A stretch of 64,000 bases of DNA. Source: an uncultured Chlamydiae bacterium. GTDB lineage: Bacteria; Chlamydiota; Chlamydiia; Chlamydiales; JAJFMA01. This document shows positions 47,083 to 57,304 of the stretch, piece after piece (position 1 is the first letter of the stretch; each line of letters begins with the position of its first letter). The stretch is from assembly GCA_963713615.1 (NCBI GenBank), contig CAVQMM010000001.1:2784001-2848000 (forward strand), given 5' to 3'. The notes beneath the pieces were generated by a model that saw only the letters and a program-made list of their open reading frames with translations, did no database searches and was not told where the DNA came from. The translations under genes were made by a program, and so were the position numbers.

Positions 47083-47679
47083 ATGCGCGAAACGGTAAAT
47101 CTTTTGCATGAAATCGGTCAGCTATCTAAAACACCACGCACAGGGTTCGTTTTTTTGGGTACTGGTCAGCAGTCTGTAGCCGATCATAGTTATAGTGTAG
47201 CCATGATCTGCTTCATCCTGGCCGATCTTTGCGACGAAGAAATCAACAGGGAGCGTCTGTTGCTATTAGCTCTCTGTCATGACTTGGTTGAGGCACGCAC
47301 CGGCGACCTCAACTACGTCTATCAGCGCTACATGAAGTCTGACGACGATAAAGCAATGGCGGACCTAGCTCAGGATGTTACCTGTGGCGATGAGATCGTT
47401 GAGTACATTCGAGAATTCGATAACGCAGACTCTATTGAATCCAAACTTGCCCATGACGCTGATCAGATAGAGATGCTTCTGACTTTGAAACGAGAATCCG
47501 ACACCGGTAACCCACGCGCTATGGTATGGTACGATATTGTGATTCAGCGCGTCAAAACACCTATAGGAAAGAAGCTGGCGGAAGAAATTCGCCATACGCC
47601 CTCCGATGAGTGGTGGATTGCCGACCGCACGGACAGTCACTGGGTCCATGGCAACAAACACAAGAAGCCGCATGTTTAA
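47083..47679 (+). CDS. HD-domain hydrolase (YfbR/HD_3-like)
   Basis: PRTG, QSVADHS, CHDLVEARTGD and DADQIE. Confidence 0.9.
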   Translation: MRETVNLLHEIGQLSKTPRTGFVFLGTGQQSVADHSYSVAMICFILADLCDEEINRERLLLLALCHDLVEARTGDLNYVYQRYMKSDDDKAMADLAQDVTCGDEIVEYIREFDNADSIESKLAHDADQIEMLLTLKRESDTGNPRAMVWYDIVIQRVKTPIGKKLAEEIRHTPSDEWWIADRTDSHWVHGNKHKKPHV

Positions 47680-47717
47680 TTGTCGACCGCGAAGCGATGA
47701 TTAACGCATCGACCTAA

Positions 47718-47757
47718 GCCCTCAAAGGCAGCGCTTCGCGCCGAGATACGATTGTGA
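47718..47757 (+). repeat. Partial family A arm between convergent genes
   Basis: AGCCCTCA..AGCGCTTCGCGCCGAGATACGATTGTGA. Confidence 0.7.
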
Positions 47758-47815
47758 ATCAAGAAAAAGATGTGTGTAACACTATGCATGGAATGACTGC
47801 GCCACAGATCTTGCA

Positions 47816-48103
47816 TCACCAATAGGCGATTTGAAAGCCTTCAAAATGATGTAACGGCTGACTATAAGTCGATTCAATGCGATCGATGTGAGCAAAGCCT
47901 GGTTCAGACTTCAGCCGCTCCAGCAGCTCTTCGAGCTGTTCTGCTGTTCCCTGCGCAATCAGTTCCACAGTGCTATCTTCACAGTTGCGGACCTTGCCAA
48001 CTAATCCTAGATTTCGAGCATGTGTTTGTATCGTCGCTCTAAATGCCACTCCCTGAACACGACCACGCACTATAGCATGTAACTCAATCGTGTCCTCCTT
48101 CAC
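47816..48103 (-). CDS. acyP: Acylphosphatase
   Basis: GRVQGVAFR and GKVRN. Confidence 0.93.
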   Translation of the reverse strand: MKEDTIELHAIVRGRVQGVAFRATIQTHARNLGLVGKVRNCEDSTVELIAQGTAEQLEELLERLKSEPGFAHIDRIESTYSQPLHHFEGFQIAYW

Positions 48104-49143
48104 GCTCCGACAGCCTCTTCCTTTAGATCCCCATCCATTTCAAGAGGAAATTCCATGATCAGAGTACGTGCCTCTTCAATGCTCTGTACACGACTCATTC
48201 TATGTCTAAATTCTCGCGTCCCCTTGGAGCTTTTAATGTACCAACACCCCACACGTCGCATACTCACCAAAGCCCTCTCTGGGGCTTCATAGTCGATCTG
48301 ATGATAGAAGTGTTCCAGAAGTGCCTGACGGTAGTCCTCCACGCCACGCTCTGGCACAGCTTCCCCCATACCAGCGGTGACGATATCTTGAGCTATCCAT
48401 GGCTGTCCCATCGTCCCTCGAGAGGCTAGGATGGCATCACATCCAGTATGCTTAAACATGCGTAGTCCTGCCTCGGCACCGAAAACATCGCCATTACCGA
48501 AAACCATGATCTCTTTGGCAACGTCTTTGCAAGCTTTGATGTGATCCCAATTCGCTGCACCTTTATAGGCTTGCTCGCGTGTTCTTCCATGGATAGCGAT
48601 GGCCTTAGCACCAGCTGCTTCAGCAATGCGCGTTATCGTCGCCGCATTGATATTATTGTCATCCCACCCAGAACGAATCTTGACCGTCACCGGTATATTC
48701 ACAGCAGCCACCATATTAGCGATGACCTCGCCAATGCGTTCTGGGGTACGCAGCATGCCCGACCCGCTGCCATCTTTCGTAACCTTATCCACAGGACAGC
48801 CGCAGTTGAGGTCGATGATGTCAAAACCCAAATCTTCAAGAATCCTGGCAGCCTGCCCAGCAAACTGGGGTTTACTACCACACAACTGTGCCCCGATAGG
48901 GTGCATACTGCTTTCATAATCGAGCAGATGGAATGTGTTTGGCTCTCCACGTATCAAAGGCTCGAGCTTAACCATCTCGCAGTACATCAGGCCAGGACGA
49001 TATTTCGCAGCCATACGACGGAAGGGCAAGTCGGAACAACCCGCCAAAGGCGAAAAAATGACTCGGTTAGGGAGGACTAACTGTCCAATCTGAAGAGGAG
49101 CTTGCGGTTGATGTGTCACAGAAATAATCTCGCTACGATCCAC
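48100..49143 (-). CDS. dusB: tRNA-dihydrouridine synthase
   Basis: IDLNCGCP, PVTVKIRSGW, IHGRT and FGNGDV. Confidence 0.92.
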   Translation of the reverse strand: MDRSEIISVTHQPQAPLQIGQLVLPNRVIFSPLAGCSDLPFRRMAAKYRPGLMYCEMVKLEPLIRGEPNTFHLLDYESSMHPIGAQLCGSKPQFAGQAARILEDLGFDIIDLNCGCPVDKVTKDGSGSGMLRTPERIGEVIANMVAAVNIPVTVKIRSGWDDNNINAATITRIAEAAGAKAIAIHGRTREQAYKGAANWDHIKACKDVAKEIMVFGNGDVFGAEAGLRMFKHTGCDAILASRGTMGQPWIAQDIVTAGMGEAVPERGVEDYRQALLEHFYHQIDYEAPERALVSMRRVGCWYIKSSKGTREFRHRMSRVQSIEEARTLIMEFPLEMDGDLKEEAVGA

Positions 49144-49376
49144 TTCACCACACCTTCAATGAGCCCAAGACTCATAAACGCAAAAATGGGACTAATGTCT
49201 AACATACCTAAAGGCGGTATAATACGACGAAATAGGTTCAAGTAAGGATCTGTGTAAAAAGCGACGAATTGCATAATGCGATAATTCGCCAACTCAGGAG
49301 CCCACGACACCATGATGCGTGCAAAAAGCATCAGAGCATAGATAAGAAACAAGCGGTCTATAACTTCTATAACCAT
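49116..49376 (-). CDS. yggT: YggT family membrane protein
   Basis: TDPYLNLFRRIIPPLGMLDISP. Confidence 0.93.
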   Translation of the reverse strand: MVIEVIDRLFLIYALMLFARIMVSWAPELANYRIMQFVAFYTDPYLNLFRRIIPPLGMLDISPIFAFMSLGLIEGVVKWIVARLFL

Positions 49377-49567
49377 ACTAGTAGCGTCTAATGACTTATA
49401 CCACGCGTGGTATACGGTTGATATATCTTACTTCCAGCTGCTTAGATTACCTGATATTCGATTTTTTGTCTGTCACAATATTGGTTCTTGTGAGGAATTG
49501 GGGGCTTTGGAATCCTAGTCGACTGCATCGCCAATATCCGAAAGTAACGCTAAAAAGGCTTCTTCAA

Positions 49568-49877
49568 TTTTCACCGTCGAGGCGCCGAGATAGGAGAGAG
49601 AGGATTAGGAGAGAATGTGCCGTTTGTGTGTCCTTGGACAAAATGCTAACCCCTCAAGAGGTCCTTGGGCAGCGTTTTTGCCCAAGAACACACAAACGGC
49701 ACAGGTACTCAATCTAACTTTTTTGAGGACCTGTTCAGTTACTACCGACTCTGGACAAAGTCCTGTCTAAGGGCACTACAGAATCGTATTCCTGCGGGAA
49801 CCCTTAGACTGGATTTTGTCCAGAGTTGGTAGTAACTGAACATTCTCTCCTCTCTTTCCTATCTCGGCGGTGAAAAT
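49568..49877. repeat. Branched palindrome holding two different TGT..ACA hairpins at symmetric positions
   Basis: Outer arms 49568-49618 and 49840-49877; hairpins 49616-49703 and 49732-49842; central stem ACAGGTACTCAA / TTGAGGACCTGT. Confidence 0.8.
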
Positions 49878-50193
49878 CCTAAAAAAGTCCCACGAACTTC
49901 TACGCGCTTCGGCGGTGAAGATTCCTAATTCTTAGCTTAGCGTATATATGCCCCTGCCCGATGCACCCAATTCCACTCCCTCCTCTCCTTCCTTTGTTAC
50001 GAATTTGTACCCCACTAACGCCTTGTTATTTGGAAGTCCCAACAGACTACTTTGAGGTCATGGTCTATAAATCGACTTTTGCATTTACCTCAAATGTGCC
50101 AAAAGCTTGATAAATGTAGCACTAATGGTGTATACCACAATAGGTCATAAAGGGCTGTTTTACGTAGGCGATCACCCAAGAGAACACTTGCAC

Positions 50194-51858
50194 ATGTTTG
50201 AAAAACCTACCGCCCAATATCCGCTAGGTCTCGAGCAAGCCGATGATGAGCTGAAAGGCGCTCTTTTGACCCGCAAAGGGGGCAAAGCCAAGATCCTGCG
50301 TCTCTTTACAGTGGCCATCGAGCAGCGTGAAGCTGCATTGCACCATCTCAATATCCTGCACTCGGTTAACCCAGCGCTACCTAGGGAACCCCTTCGACGT
50401 GCCCTCTATGTTACAGGTCTCTCCACACAGCAAACACTCATACGCACTCTTGATATCAAGCTCACCAAAGCAAGCGATATCGATGCCGTATTACCCTTTC
50501 AGTCAGAACCGCTAATCCCCTATCCCGTTGATCAGGCTGTTTTAGATAGAGTTGTACTCAGTCAGGACGAAAATGGATCACAACTAACCGTCTTTGCGGT
50601 ACGCAAAGACCATCTACAACAGCACTTAGATTTTTTTACCGATCTGAATATTGAGCCGGAATCGGTGAGTTGCTATCCAGCTGCCCTGGCAGCCTTCTCT
50701 AAAGAATATACGCAACTTCAAGAACCTCTATTTGTCGTGCATCTGGCAGCTAAAGAAATCACTATTTTATTGGTCGACGATGGTAAAGTTCTAGCAGGTC
50801 ACTCCGCAAATCAAGGAGTAGGTCAGCTAATTGATGCCGCAAACGCTTCAGCCATCAGCCTCGATGCTATCGATTTTAATGCTGTCATAGCAGATCCGCA
50901 GAATCCTATGACTCCCTTTGTTGAGGCTCTTCGCATAGAGCTGCAAAGAGCAATCTTCGCTCTTACCAAACAAGCTCGTGGACAGGAAATTGGTTCTATC
51001 TTGCTAACAGGAGACGGTGCCCCTATTGGCAATATAGGTGAATACCTCTGCTCTCATCTTCAAAAAACACTAGTTTTGCCTACAGCACCCTTTGACCCTG
51101 ACATTCCAACCTCAGCATTACAACGTTTTGCAGTACCCATAGGATTAGCTCTTGGCTGCCTACTTGATAGTAAAAATTGTATCAACTTCCGCCAAGGGGA
51201 ACTCGCCTATCCACATCCATGGAAACGTCTCAAACGCCCCCTAGCCGCTTATGTTGTCTGCTGTGTTCTTATTGCCATTCTCATCTTTGTCCAGGGACAC
51301 GAATCCCAAAACAGCTCCATACAAGATGCGCGCGCCCGCTACAAAGTTCTCTTGACCACATTGCGAGTGGACCACTCAACCTTCGAAGAAAAGGCCTTCG
51401 GAACAAAAGAAGCGGATGTGCGGCCTATTGATTCTTTAGACATTGAAGACCTGACTCAACGCATCGACTGGATAGAACAGGACATCCAAAATACTTCCTA
51501 TCTATTTCCTTTAAATCCCAATATCGCCAGAGTTGGCGATGTCTTAGCCTGGATATGTGATAGCCCTAAGGTGTACGCTATAGACCCAAAAACCAATGAA
51601 CGCATCGCGCATATTCAAATCGAAAACTTCAACTATAGCATGGTAAAACGGCCTGAGAAGACAAAGCAAAAAGAGCGCTATCAAGTGAGAATAGACCTGG
51701 AATTCTCTAGTAAAGAACCTAACTGGGCGCGCGAATTTAATGATATGTTGGTGGCCCCAAATGCCTTTGTAGACCCGCGAGGAGAGCTCAAGTGGAGCGC
51801 TGCGCAAGGTCGATATCGTGTCTCCTTCTTTTTGAAAGACAAGACCTTTTATCCATAG
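50194..51858 (+). CDS. PilM/GspL-like actin-fold protein with TM and periplasmic tail
   Basis: LPFQSEPLIPYPVD, ILLTGDGA, FAVPIGLALG, INFR then a TM. Start at MFEKP assumed. Confidence 0.7.
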   Translation: MFEKPTAQYPLGLEQADDELKGALLTRKGGKAKILRLFTVAIEQREAALHHLNILHSVNPALPREPLRRALYVTGLSTQQTLIRTLDIKLTKASDIDAVLPFQSEPLIPYPVDQAVLDRVVLSQDENGSQLTVFAVRKDHLQQHLDFFTDLNIEPESVSCYPAALAAFSKEYTQLQEPLFVVHLAAKEITILLVDDGKVLAGHSANQGVGQLIDAANASAISLDAIDFNAVIADPQNPMTPFVEALRIELQRAIFALTKQARGQEIGSILLTGDGAPIGNIGEYLCSHLQKTLVLPTAPFDPDIPTSALQRFAVPIGLALGCLLDSKNCINFRQGELAYPHPWKRLKRPLAAYVVCCVLIAILIFVQGHESQNSSIQDARARYKVLLTTLRVDHSTFEEKAFGTKEADVRPIDSLDIEDLTQRIDWIEQDIQNTSYLFPLNPNIARVGDVLAWICDSPKVYAIDPKTNERIAHIQIENFNYSMVKRPEKTKQKERYQVRIDLEFSSKEPNWAREFNDMLVAPNAFVDPRGELKWSAAQGRYRVSFFLKDKTFYP

Positions 51859-51868
51859 GAGTAAATCA

Positions 51869-52486
51869 ATGAGTGAAAGCATTACTCCGAATCGCATGAT
51901 CCTTTACATAGCCATTCTATTTCTGCTGCCTATCTTCTATGCCATCTATAGCACTAGGGCTTCTCAGACACGTGTAGACCGCTTGATATCGCGCATTGAC
52001 AATACTCAACAAACGGCCTATTTACATGAAAAAAAATTAGCACCTAACCGCGCTATCCTAGCGACTTATAGAGATGCCGATCGCTCGTACTTGGATAAAT
52101 ATGTCGAGAGTATCTCTCTCCTTCAGGCTGAAACCACAATGCTCCAGCAAGCCTTGAACAATCCTGTTGTGGCCCCTGACCCCTTCCTCATCAGTCGCAT
52201 GGAAGCTATTAAGAAAAACACGATACAGTTTTCCGAAGGAACCGCAGAACCCTATCCATTCTTTAAGGAAACCCCCGAAACGCTTGCACGTCCTGTAGAA
52301 GTCGATCTCAGCGATATTCGAAAAATTTTGAGTGAGGTGGAAGGTATCACCATCGGTTCCGATGAGCCTGGACCACACCGTCCCCAACTAATCATCACAG
52401 ACTATAAGCTAGAACGCAAAACAACTCCGCGGCAGGGTCAGTTGTACTCACTAACACTAAAGCTGATCAAGCGCGAATATTTCTAA
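51869..52486 (+). CDS. Single-TM protein (possible GspM/PilO-like)
   Basis: AGGAG SD; N-terminal TM; operon position. Confidence 0.65.
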   Translation: MSESITPNRMILYIAILFLLPIFYAIYSTRASQTRVDRLISRIDNTQQTAYLHEKKLAPNRAILATYRDADRSYLDKYVESISLLQAETTMLQQALNNPVVAPDPFLISRMEAIKKNTIQFSEGTAEPYPFFKETPETLARPVEVDLSDIRKILSEVEGITIGSDEPGPHRPQLIITDYKLERKTTPRQGQLYSLTLKLIKREYF

Positions 52487-52496
52487 GGTACCTCCT

Positions 52497-53804
52497 ATGA
52501 TTCGCTTCTCTCATGCACTCTTATCTCTCAGTTTATTTCTATTGTCCTTTCTGGGATGTTCTCGATGTCCCCAAACCTGCGAATATGAACCGCCATTAGC
52601 TTGTCTCACCTTCATTGACCGAGATGGCAGTACGATCACTATCCAAGCTAACGAGCGCCTAAAACAGTACGAGAATGTGGATTTTCTAGGGCCCCAGCCC
52701 TACGACAAGGTCATGCGTATCTACAAACGCGATAGCGACGGTAATATCTGTACCTTTATCACAAGCTATCACCCCAACGGACAGCTTAAACAGTACCTAG
52801 AAGTGCTTAACGGCGGAGCCTATGGAGCCTACCGAGAATGGCATGAGAATGGTACTCTTAAACTTGAAACCTACGTCATGGCTGGCACTGCAGATATCAC
52901 TCCTGAAGCCCAAAAAAATTGGCAATTCGATGGCAAAAGCCATATTTGGGATGACTGTGGTAATGTCCTTGCCTGCTTTAATTATTGCAAGGGAGCCCTT
53001 GAAGGCGAATCCTTTCATTATTATCCCGACGGACAAATCAAACTTCACACTTTTTATGTTCGAAACCTGAAGCAAGGCAAGGAAGAAATGTTCTTTGCAG
53101 ATGGCCAGCCAATGGCCTGTGCAAACTGGTCGGAGGGTGAATTAAGAGGCAAAGCAATGCGCTACTGGCCCTCTGGTAGTCTAGCATCAGAGGAAAATCA
53201 TGACGGCCCCTACCTGCTCGATGCTGAATACTTCACCCCAGAAGGTACCCTCCTTAGCAGCATCACTGACGGTAAGGGAACGCGCGCTATTTGGAATAAG
53301 CATTTTCTTAAAGAGCTTCAGGAGTTTAGTGACGGCGTTCAAGACGGTAAAGTCAAAGTCTTTGCTGACCGTGGCTATGTCAAAAATGTTTATCATGTGA
53401 AAAATGGAATGAAACATGGGGATGATTACCGCTATTATCCTCCTCCAACTGGCAACCCAGGAAAAGACCCGGATACCCTGCAGCCCCAGTTACTGATTAC
53501 ATGGCATGAGGGACAGATCCATGGATTCACCAAAACGTGGTATCCCGATGGTACATTGGAAAGCCAGCGAGAGATGTCCAGTAACCACAAAAGTGGTATT
53601 GCTACAGCTTGGTATAACGATGGCAACATCATGCTGATGGAAGAATATAATAAAGACAAGTTGATCCGAGGCGAGTACTTTAAGAAAGGCAACCGCAGAG
53701 CAGAAACGCGTATCGTCGACGGCGACGGCATCGCAAGCCTGTATGATAGTCATGGGCAGCTGCTGCGCAAAGTCAATTATTACCATGGTAATGTCCTGGA
53801 CTAA
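52497..53804 (+). CDS. MORN-variant repeat lipoprotein
   Basis: Lipobox FLGC; repeated (Y/W)-x-x-(N/D)-G motifs (YHPNGQ, WHENGT, YYPDGQ, WYPDGT, WYNDGN). Confidence 0.8.
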   Translation: MIRFSHALLSLSLFLLSFLGCSRCPQTCEYEPPLACLTFIDRDGSTITIQANERLKQYENVDFLGPQPYDKVMRIYKRDSDGNICTFITSYHPNGQLKQYLEVLNGGAYGAYREWHENGTLKLETYVMAGTADITPEAQKNWQFDGKSHIWDDCGNVLACFNYCKGALEGESFHYYPDGQIKLHTFYVRNLKQGKEEMFFADGQPMACANWSEGELRGKAMRYWPSGSLASEENHDGPYLLDAEYFTPEGTLLSSITDGKGTRAIWNKHFLKELQEFSDGVQDGKVKVFADRGYVKNVYHVKNGMKHGDDYRYYPPPTGNPGKDPDTLQPQLLITWHEGQIHGFTKTWYPDGTLESQREMSSNHKSGIATAWYNDGNIMLMEEYNKDKLIRGEYFKKGNRRAETRIVDGDGIASLYDSHGQLLRKVNYYHGNVLD

Positions 53805-53812
53805 GCAAAATA

Positions 53813-54355
53813 GTGCACAAACACGACCTACGTCTGCAATTCACAAAAATTCGACACCAACTGCCAATACAAAGAAGGTTGGAAGCTGTCACATTCATCT
53901 ACAAGGAAATACTTCAATTTGCAGAACACCATCACTGGGTCATGTCGTACGCTTCCTTCGGGGATGAACTAGACACCACCCAGCTAAATGACTCCTTGGC
54001 ACAGATGGGAAAGCTCATTCTTCCAAAAGTAAATGAGAAACACAAACTCACGATATTCCACGTGGAACACACCCAAACACAACTGGTCCGCTCCAAATGG
54101 GGCATTCTAGAACCCAACCCAACCCTATGCAAAAAAATACCCACTACAGAACTTACATTAATCCTAGTGCCTGGTCTGGCTTTCGATGCGAATCATCATC
54201 GTCTTGGCTATGGCAAAGGAATCTATGACCGGTTTCTTTCAACTTTGCCAAAAATAGTCCATCGTCTTGGAATTGGTTTCAAAGAGCAACAACTCTCCTC
54301 TCCCTTACACAGCCTAGACCACGATATTGCTGTAGACGATCTATTGCTTGGATGA
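53813..54355 (+). CDS. ygfA: 5-formyltetrahydrofolate cyclo-ligase
   Basis: WGILEP, LVPGLAFD, RLGYGKGIYDRF and HDIAVD. Confidence 0.93.
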   Translation: MHKHDLRLQFTKIRHQLPIQRRLEAVTFIYKEILQFAEHHHWVMSYASFGDELDTTQLNDSLAQMGKLILPKVNEKHKLTIFHVEHTQTQLVRSKWGILEPNPTLCKKIPTTELTLILVPGLAFDANHHRLGYGKGIYDRFLSTLPKIVHRLGIGFKEQQLSSPLHSLDHDIAVDDLLLG

Positions 54356-54356
54356 C

Positions 54357-55595
54357 CTAGTGTCGTATAAAGCCACAACCTTCGCAGCGAGGTCCGATGC
54401 CATCATAAAGACCACGAGGAGCTCCGCAGCTTGAACAAGTCTCAGGGACTTCTTCAGTGACCTGCCCTACTTGATCTTTAGACAACCCGACTTGTTTTGT
54501 AGTCTGCCCGACTTGTTCTTTAGTCTGGCTTACTCGTTCTGCAGGGGGCTCTGCTTTCTTCGGTTTTTTGGGCGTAAGTAAGAACGCTCTAAAATGCCCT
54601 TTATGCTGACCAACACCAGTGATCTCACCACGATTGTTGATGGATGAGGCTATAAATAAATGCCATCCACTATCGCTATCAATCAGCTTATTCAAGTCCC
54701 ACATGCCATTTCTTTCATCCCATGTAAAAGCTCGCGGAAAATTGGGACCCTTAGCGACGCCGACGACCTGACCGACCTCATTGATATCATTAGCAATACT
54801 AACATCATCTCCGAGAGTTCCGAGGTCCTGCATGCCACCATCTTCTTTCCAAAGAAAGGCGTGGGTGTGCCCCTCTTCATTATGTGCATGGCCCACCACC
54901 CAGCCTTTATTGTTAATGGCACGGGCTCCTGAAAGATCCCCACCCAAAGTTCCTAGGTCTCGCATGCCTTTGTCATCATCCCACAAAAAAGCGTGGCTAC
55001 GGCCATCGCTTCTTCCTGAGCGTCCGACCACCTGATTGCTGCCGTTGACGGCTACTGCGGTGCTGCAATGGCCACCCAAGGTTCCGAGATCGCGAACAGG
55101 CTCTTTAGGTTTCCAGATGACAGCATGATGAGTCTCTTCATTCATGCTAGAGACCCCGACGATGACTCCTTCATCATTGATCCCTGAAGCAGCAGAAAAG
55201 GAACCATGAATCGCTGGCAACATGGTCATTCCATGAACCGGTGTCCAAAAGAAGGCGTGGATTGGTCTATCGCCAAGACGCGCTCGCCCAACCACAACCC
55301 CTTTTTGGTTTAAACTTTTTGCAGCACTAAAAACAGCATCAGCGACGGAGAGATCCTTCATTCCATCTTGCGGACTCCAAAGCATTGCTCGCGTTTGTTT
55401 TTCTGCGGGGAGCATCGAAAAGCCTACGATTTGCGTTTGGTCATTGATAGCTTTACCTGACGAAACGGTATCGGATCCGATGGTCCCTAAGTCGGTAATT
55501 TCATAGTGAATTTCAGCCGATAACGCGCAGAAGAGGCTCAAGGCCCCAGCTAAAAGCCAGCGATGAAACATTGTAGCCAACCGCAAACAACTCAT
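54357..55595 (-). CDS. Secreted HAF-repeat beta-propeller protein with C-terminal zinc ribbon
   Basis: Signal peptide; about 7 DLGTLGG..S.A..IN..G.VVG..HAFLW repeats; QVGQ heptads; CSSCG..CEGCG. Confidence 0.85.
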   Translation of the reverse strand: MSCLRLATMFHRWLLAGALSLFCALSAEIHYEITDLGTIGSDTVSSGKAINDQTQIVGFSMLPAEKQTRAMLWSPQDGMKDLSVADAVFSAAKSLNQKGVVVGRARLGDRPIHAFFWTPVHGMTMLPAIHGSFSAASGINDEGVIVGVSSMNEETHHAVIWKPKEPVRDLGTLGGHCSTAVAVNGSNQVVGRSGRSDGRSHAFLWDDDKGMRDLGTLGGDLSGARAINNKGWVVGHAHNEEGHTHAFLWKEDGGMQDLGTLGDDVSIANDINEVGQVVGVAKGPNFPRAFTWDERNGMWDLNKLIDSDSGWHLFIASSINNRGEITGVGQHKGHFRAFLLTPKKPKKAEPPAERVSQTKEQVGQTTKQVGLSKDQVGQVTEEVPETCSSCGAPRGLYDGIGPRCEGCGFIRH

Positions 55596-55742
55596 AATGA
55601 TTCCTTGTCAAGAAGCTATTTAGCATAGCCAACCGCAGCTTTTTCAACAACACAGCTAGAACCAAATTGGACCAATCGCTATTCTAGACGCCATACCACA
55701 ATTCAGATCTCATCAATGTTAACCAGGTAAGGAGAAGGGGCT

Positions 55743-56816
55743 ATGGCCGAATCAGAGCGCAAGGGCGATGCAGAACGTAAAAAGGCGTTAGAACTCGCCG
55801 TTAGTCACATTAAGAAGCAGTTCGGTGACGGGGCGATTATGTCCTTAGGTGCCAAGTCAGCAAATCGAATAGTGGACGTAATCAAAACAGGGGCTCTCTC
55901 CTTAGACATCGCTTTGGGCATCGGTGGATTGCCCCGAGGACGTGTTGTAGAGATCTATGGTCCAGAATCATCAGGTAAATCGACTTTAGCCTTACATGTC
56001 GTGGCTAACGCTCAAAAAAATGGTGGTTTGGCAGCATATATCGACGCTGAGCATGCCCTTGATCCCGCCTACGCCGCCAAAATCGGAGTTAATCTCGATG
56101 ACCTTTTGATCTCCCAGCCTGATTGTGGTGAGGAAGCCCTTAATATCGCCGAGATGCTAGCACGCTCCAATGCCGTCGATGTGATCGTCATCGACTCCGT
56201 CGCAGCATTAGTTCCAAAATCCGAACTTGAAGGTGAAATCGGTGATTCTTTTGTTGGCTTGCAAGCGCGTATGATGTCTCAGGCTTTGCGAAAACTAACC
56301 GCCACTCTATCCAAGAGTAATACCTGTGCTATCTTCATTAACCAAATCCGCGAAAAAATTGGCGTCATGTACGGCAGCCCAGAAACAACAACGGGTGGAC
56401 GGGCGCTAAAATTCTACGCCTCTATTCGCTTGGACATTCGACGCATCGGCGGCATCAAAGTTAATGACAGCGCCGACATTGGAAACCGAGTAAAGGTTAA
56501 AGTTGTCAAAAACAAAATGGCCGCTCCTTTCCAGGTCGCTGAATTTGACATTCTGTTTGATGAAGGTATTTCGCGTGCTGGTTCAGTCATTGACATGGGA
56601 ACAACGCTTGCTGTCATCGACAAGAAGGGCGCTTGGTTTAGCTTCAATGGACAGCGACTCGGGCAAGGCCGTGAAGCCGTGCGTGAAGAGCTCAAGAAGA
56701 ATCCCAAGCTGTTTGAAGAGATTGAAGGCAAGGTATTGGACCTCTGCCGCAAAACACCCCTCTCTAAAGCGGAACCCGAGCCACAACTTGCAGGGGCAAC
56801 AGCCGGAGCTGACTAA
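55743..56816 (+). CDS. recA: Recombinase A
   Basis: [23 protein letters not shown] and GGRALKFY. Confidence 0.99.
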   Translation: MAESERKGDAERKKALELAVSHIKKQFGDGAIMSLGAKSANRIVDVIKTGALSLDIALGIGGLPRGRVVEIYGPESSGKSTLALHVVANAQKNGGLAAYIDAEHALDPAYAAKIGVNLDDLLISQPDCGEEALNIAEMLARSNAVDVIVIDSVAALVPKSELEGEIGDSFVGLQARMMSQALRKLTATLSKSNTCAIFINQIREKIGVMYGSPETTTGGRALKFYASIRLDIRRIGGIKVNDSADIGNRVKVKVVKNKMAAPFQVAEFDILFDEGISRAGSVIDMGTTLAVIDKKGAWFSFNGQRLGQGREAVREELKKNPKLFEEIEGKVLDLCRKTPLSKAEPEPQLAGATAGAD

Positions 56817-56825
56817 CAACGTCGA

Positions 56826-56845
56826 GAGGGGGCTCCTAGCCCCCT
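56826..56845 (+). terminator. Hairpin after recA
   Basis: GAGGGGGCT-CCT-AGCCCCCTC stem-loop; no clear U-tract. Confidence 0.45.
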
Positions 56846-56975
56846 CCATCCTTATAGGGATTCGGTGAAGGCTGTACGAGTGTAACCAACTCACCCTTAA
56901 CGAATTACAGTGAAACCGTTTCACACGACCGTCGCAAGGAACCCAAAGCGGTCGCAAGCGCCCGCACTCCAAAGC

Positions 56976-57259
56976 CATAGGCATCAACTTAAGCAACTAA
57001 CTGCGCCCTCACAATCGTATCTCGGCGCGCAGCGCTTTGGAGTGCGTGTCGCTCGCGACCGCTTTGGATTTGGGCGAGCCTATTGAATCGCGCACCGTTC
57101 TAAAGAGGCTGCACCCCCCACACACAGTTACCCCTAGAGAGAAGGGTTACGTTTCTTGCAATGCCAACTTCGCCCAAATCCAAAGCGGTCGCGAGCGACG
57201 CGCACTCCAAAGCGCTGCGCGCCTATTTACGAAGTTAGTTGCTTAAGTTGATGCCTATG
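56976..57259. mobile_element. IS4-family (IS231-like ends) MITE carrying a family A palindrome
   Basis: 27-bp perfect IR CATAGGCATCAACTTAAGCAACTAACT. 10-bp direct repeat ACTCCAAAGC at 56966-56975 and 57260-57269. Family A copy at 57005-57223. Confidence 0.85.
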
Positions 57260-57304
57260 ACTCCAAAGCGCTGCGCGCCGAGAAACGATAGTGAAGACTT
57301 AGGT

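Noticed and set aside
52497..53804. YwqK-type antitoxin of a toxin-antitoxin pair
   Set aside because: MORN-variant repeats alone are not diagnostic, the gene is in a conserved chlamydial block, and no toxin is adjacent.
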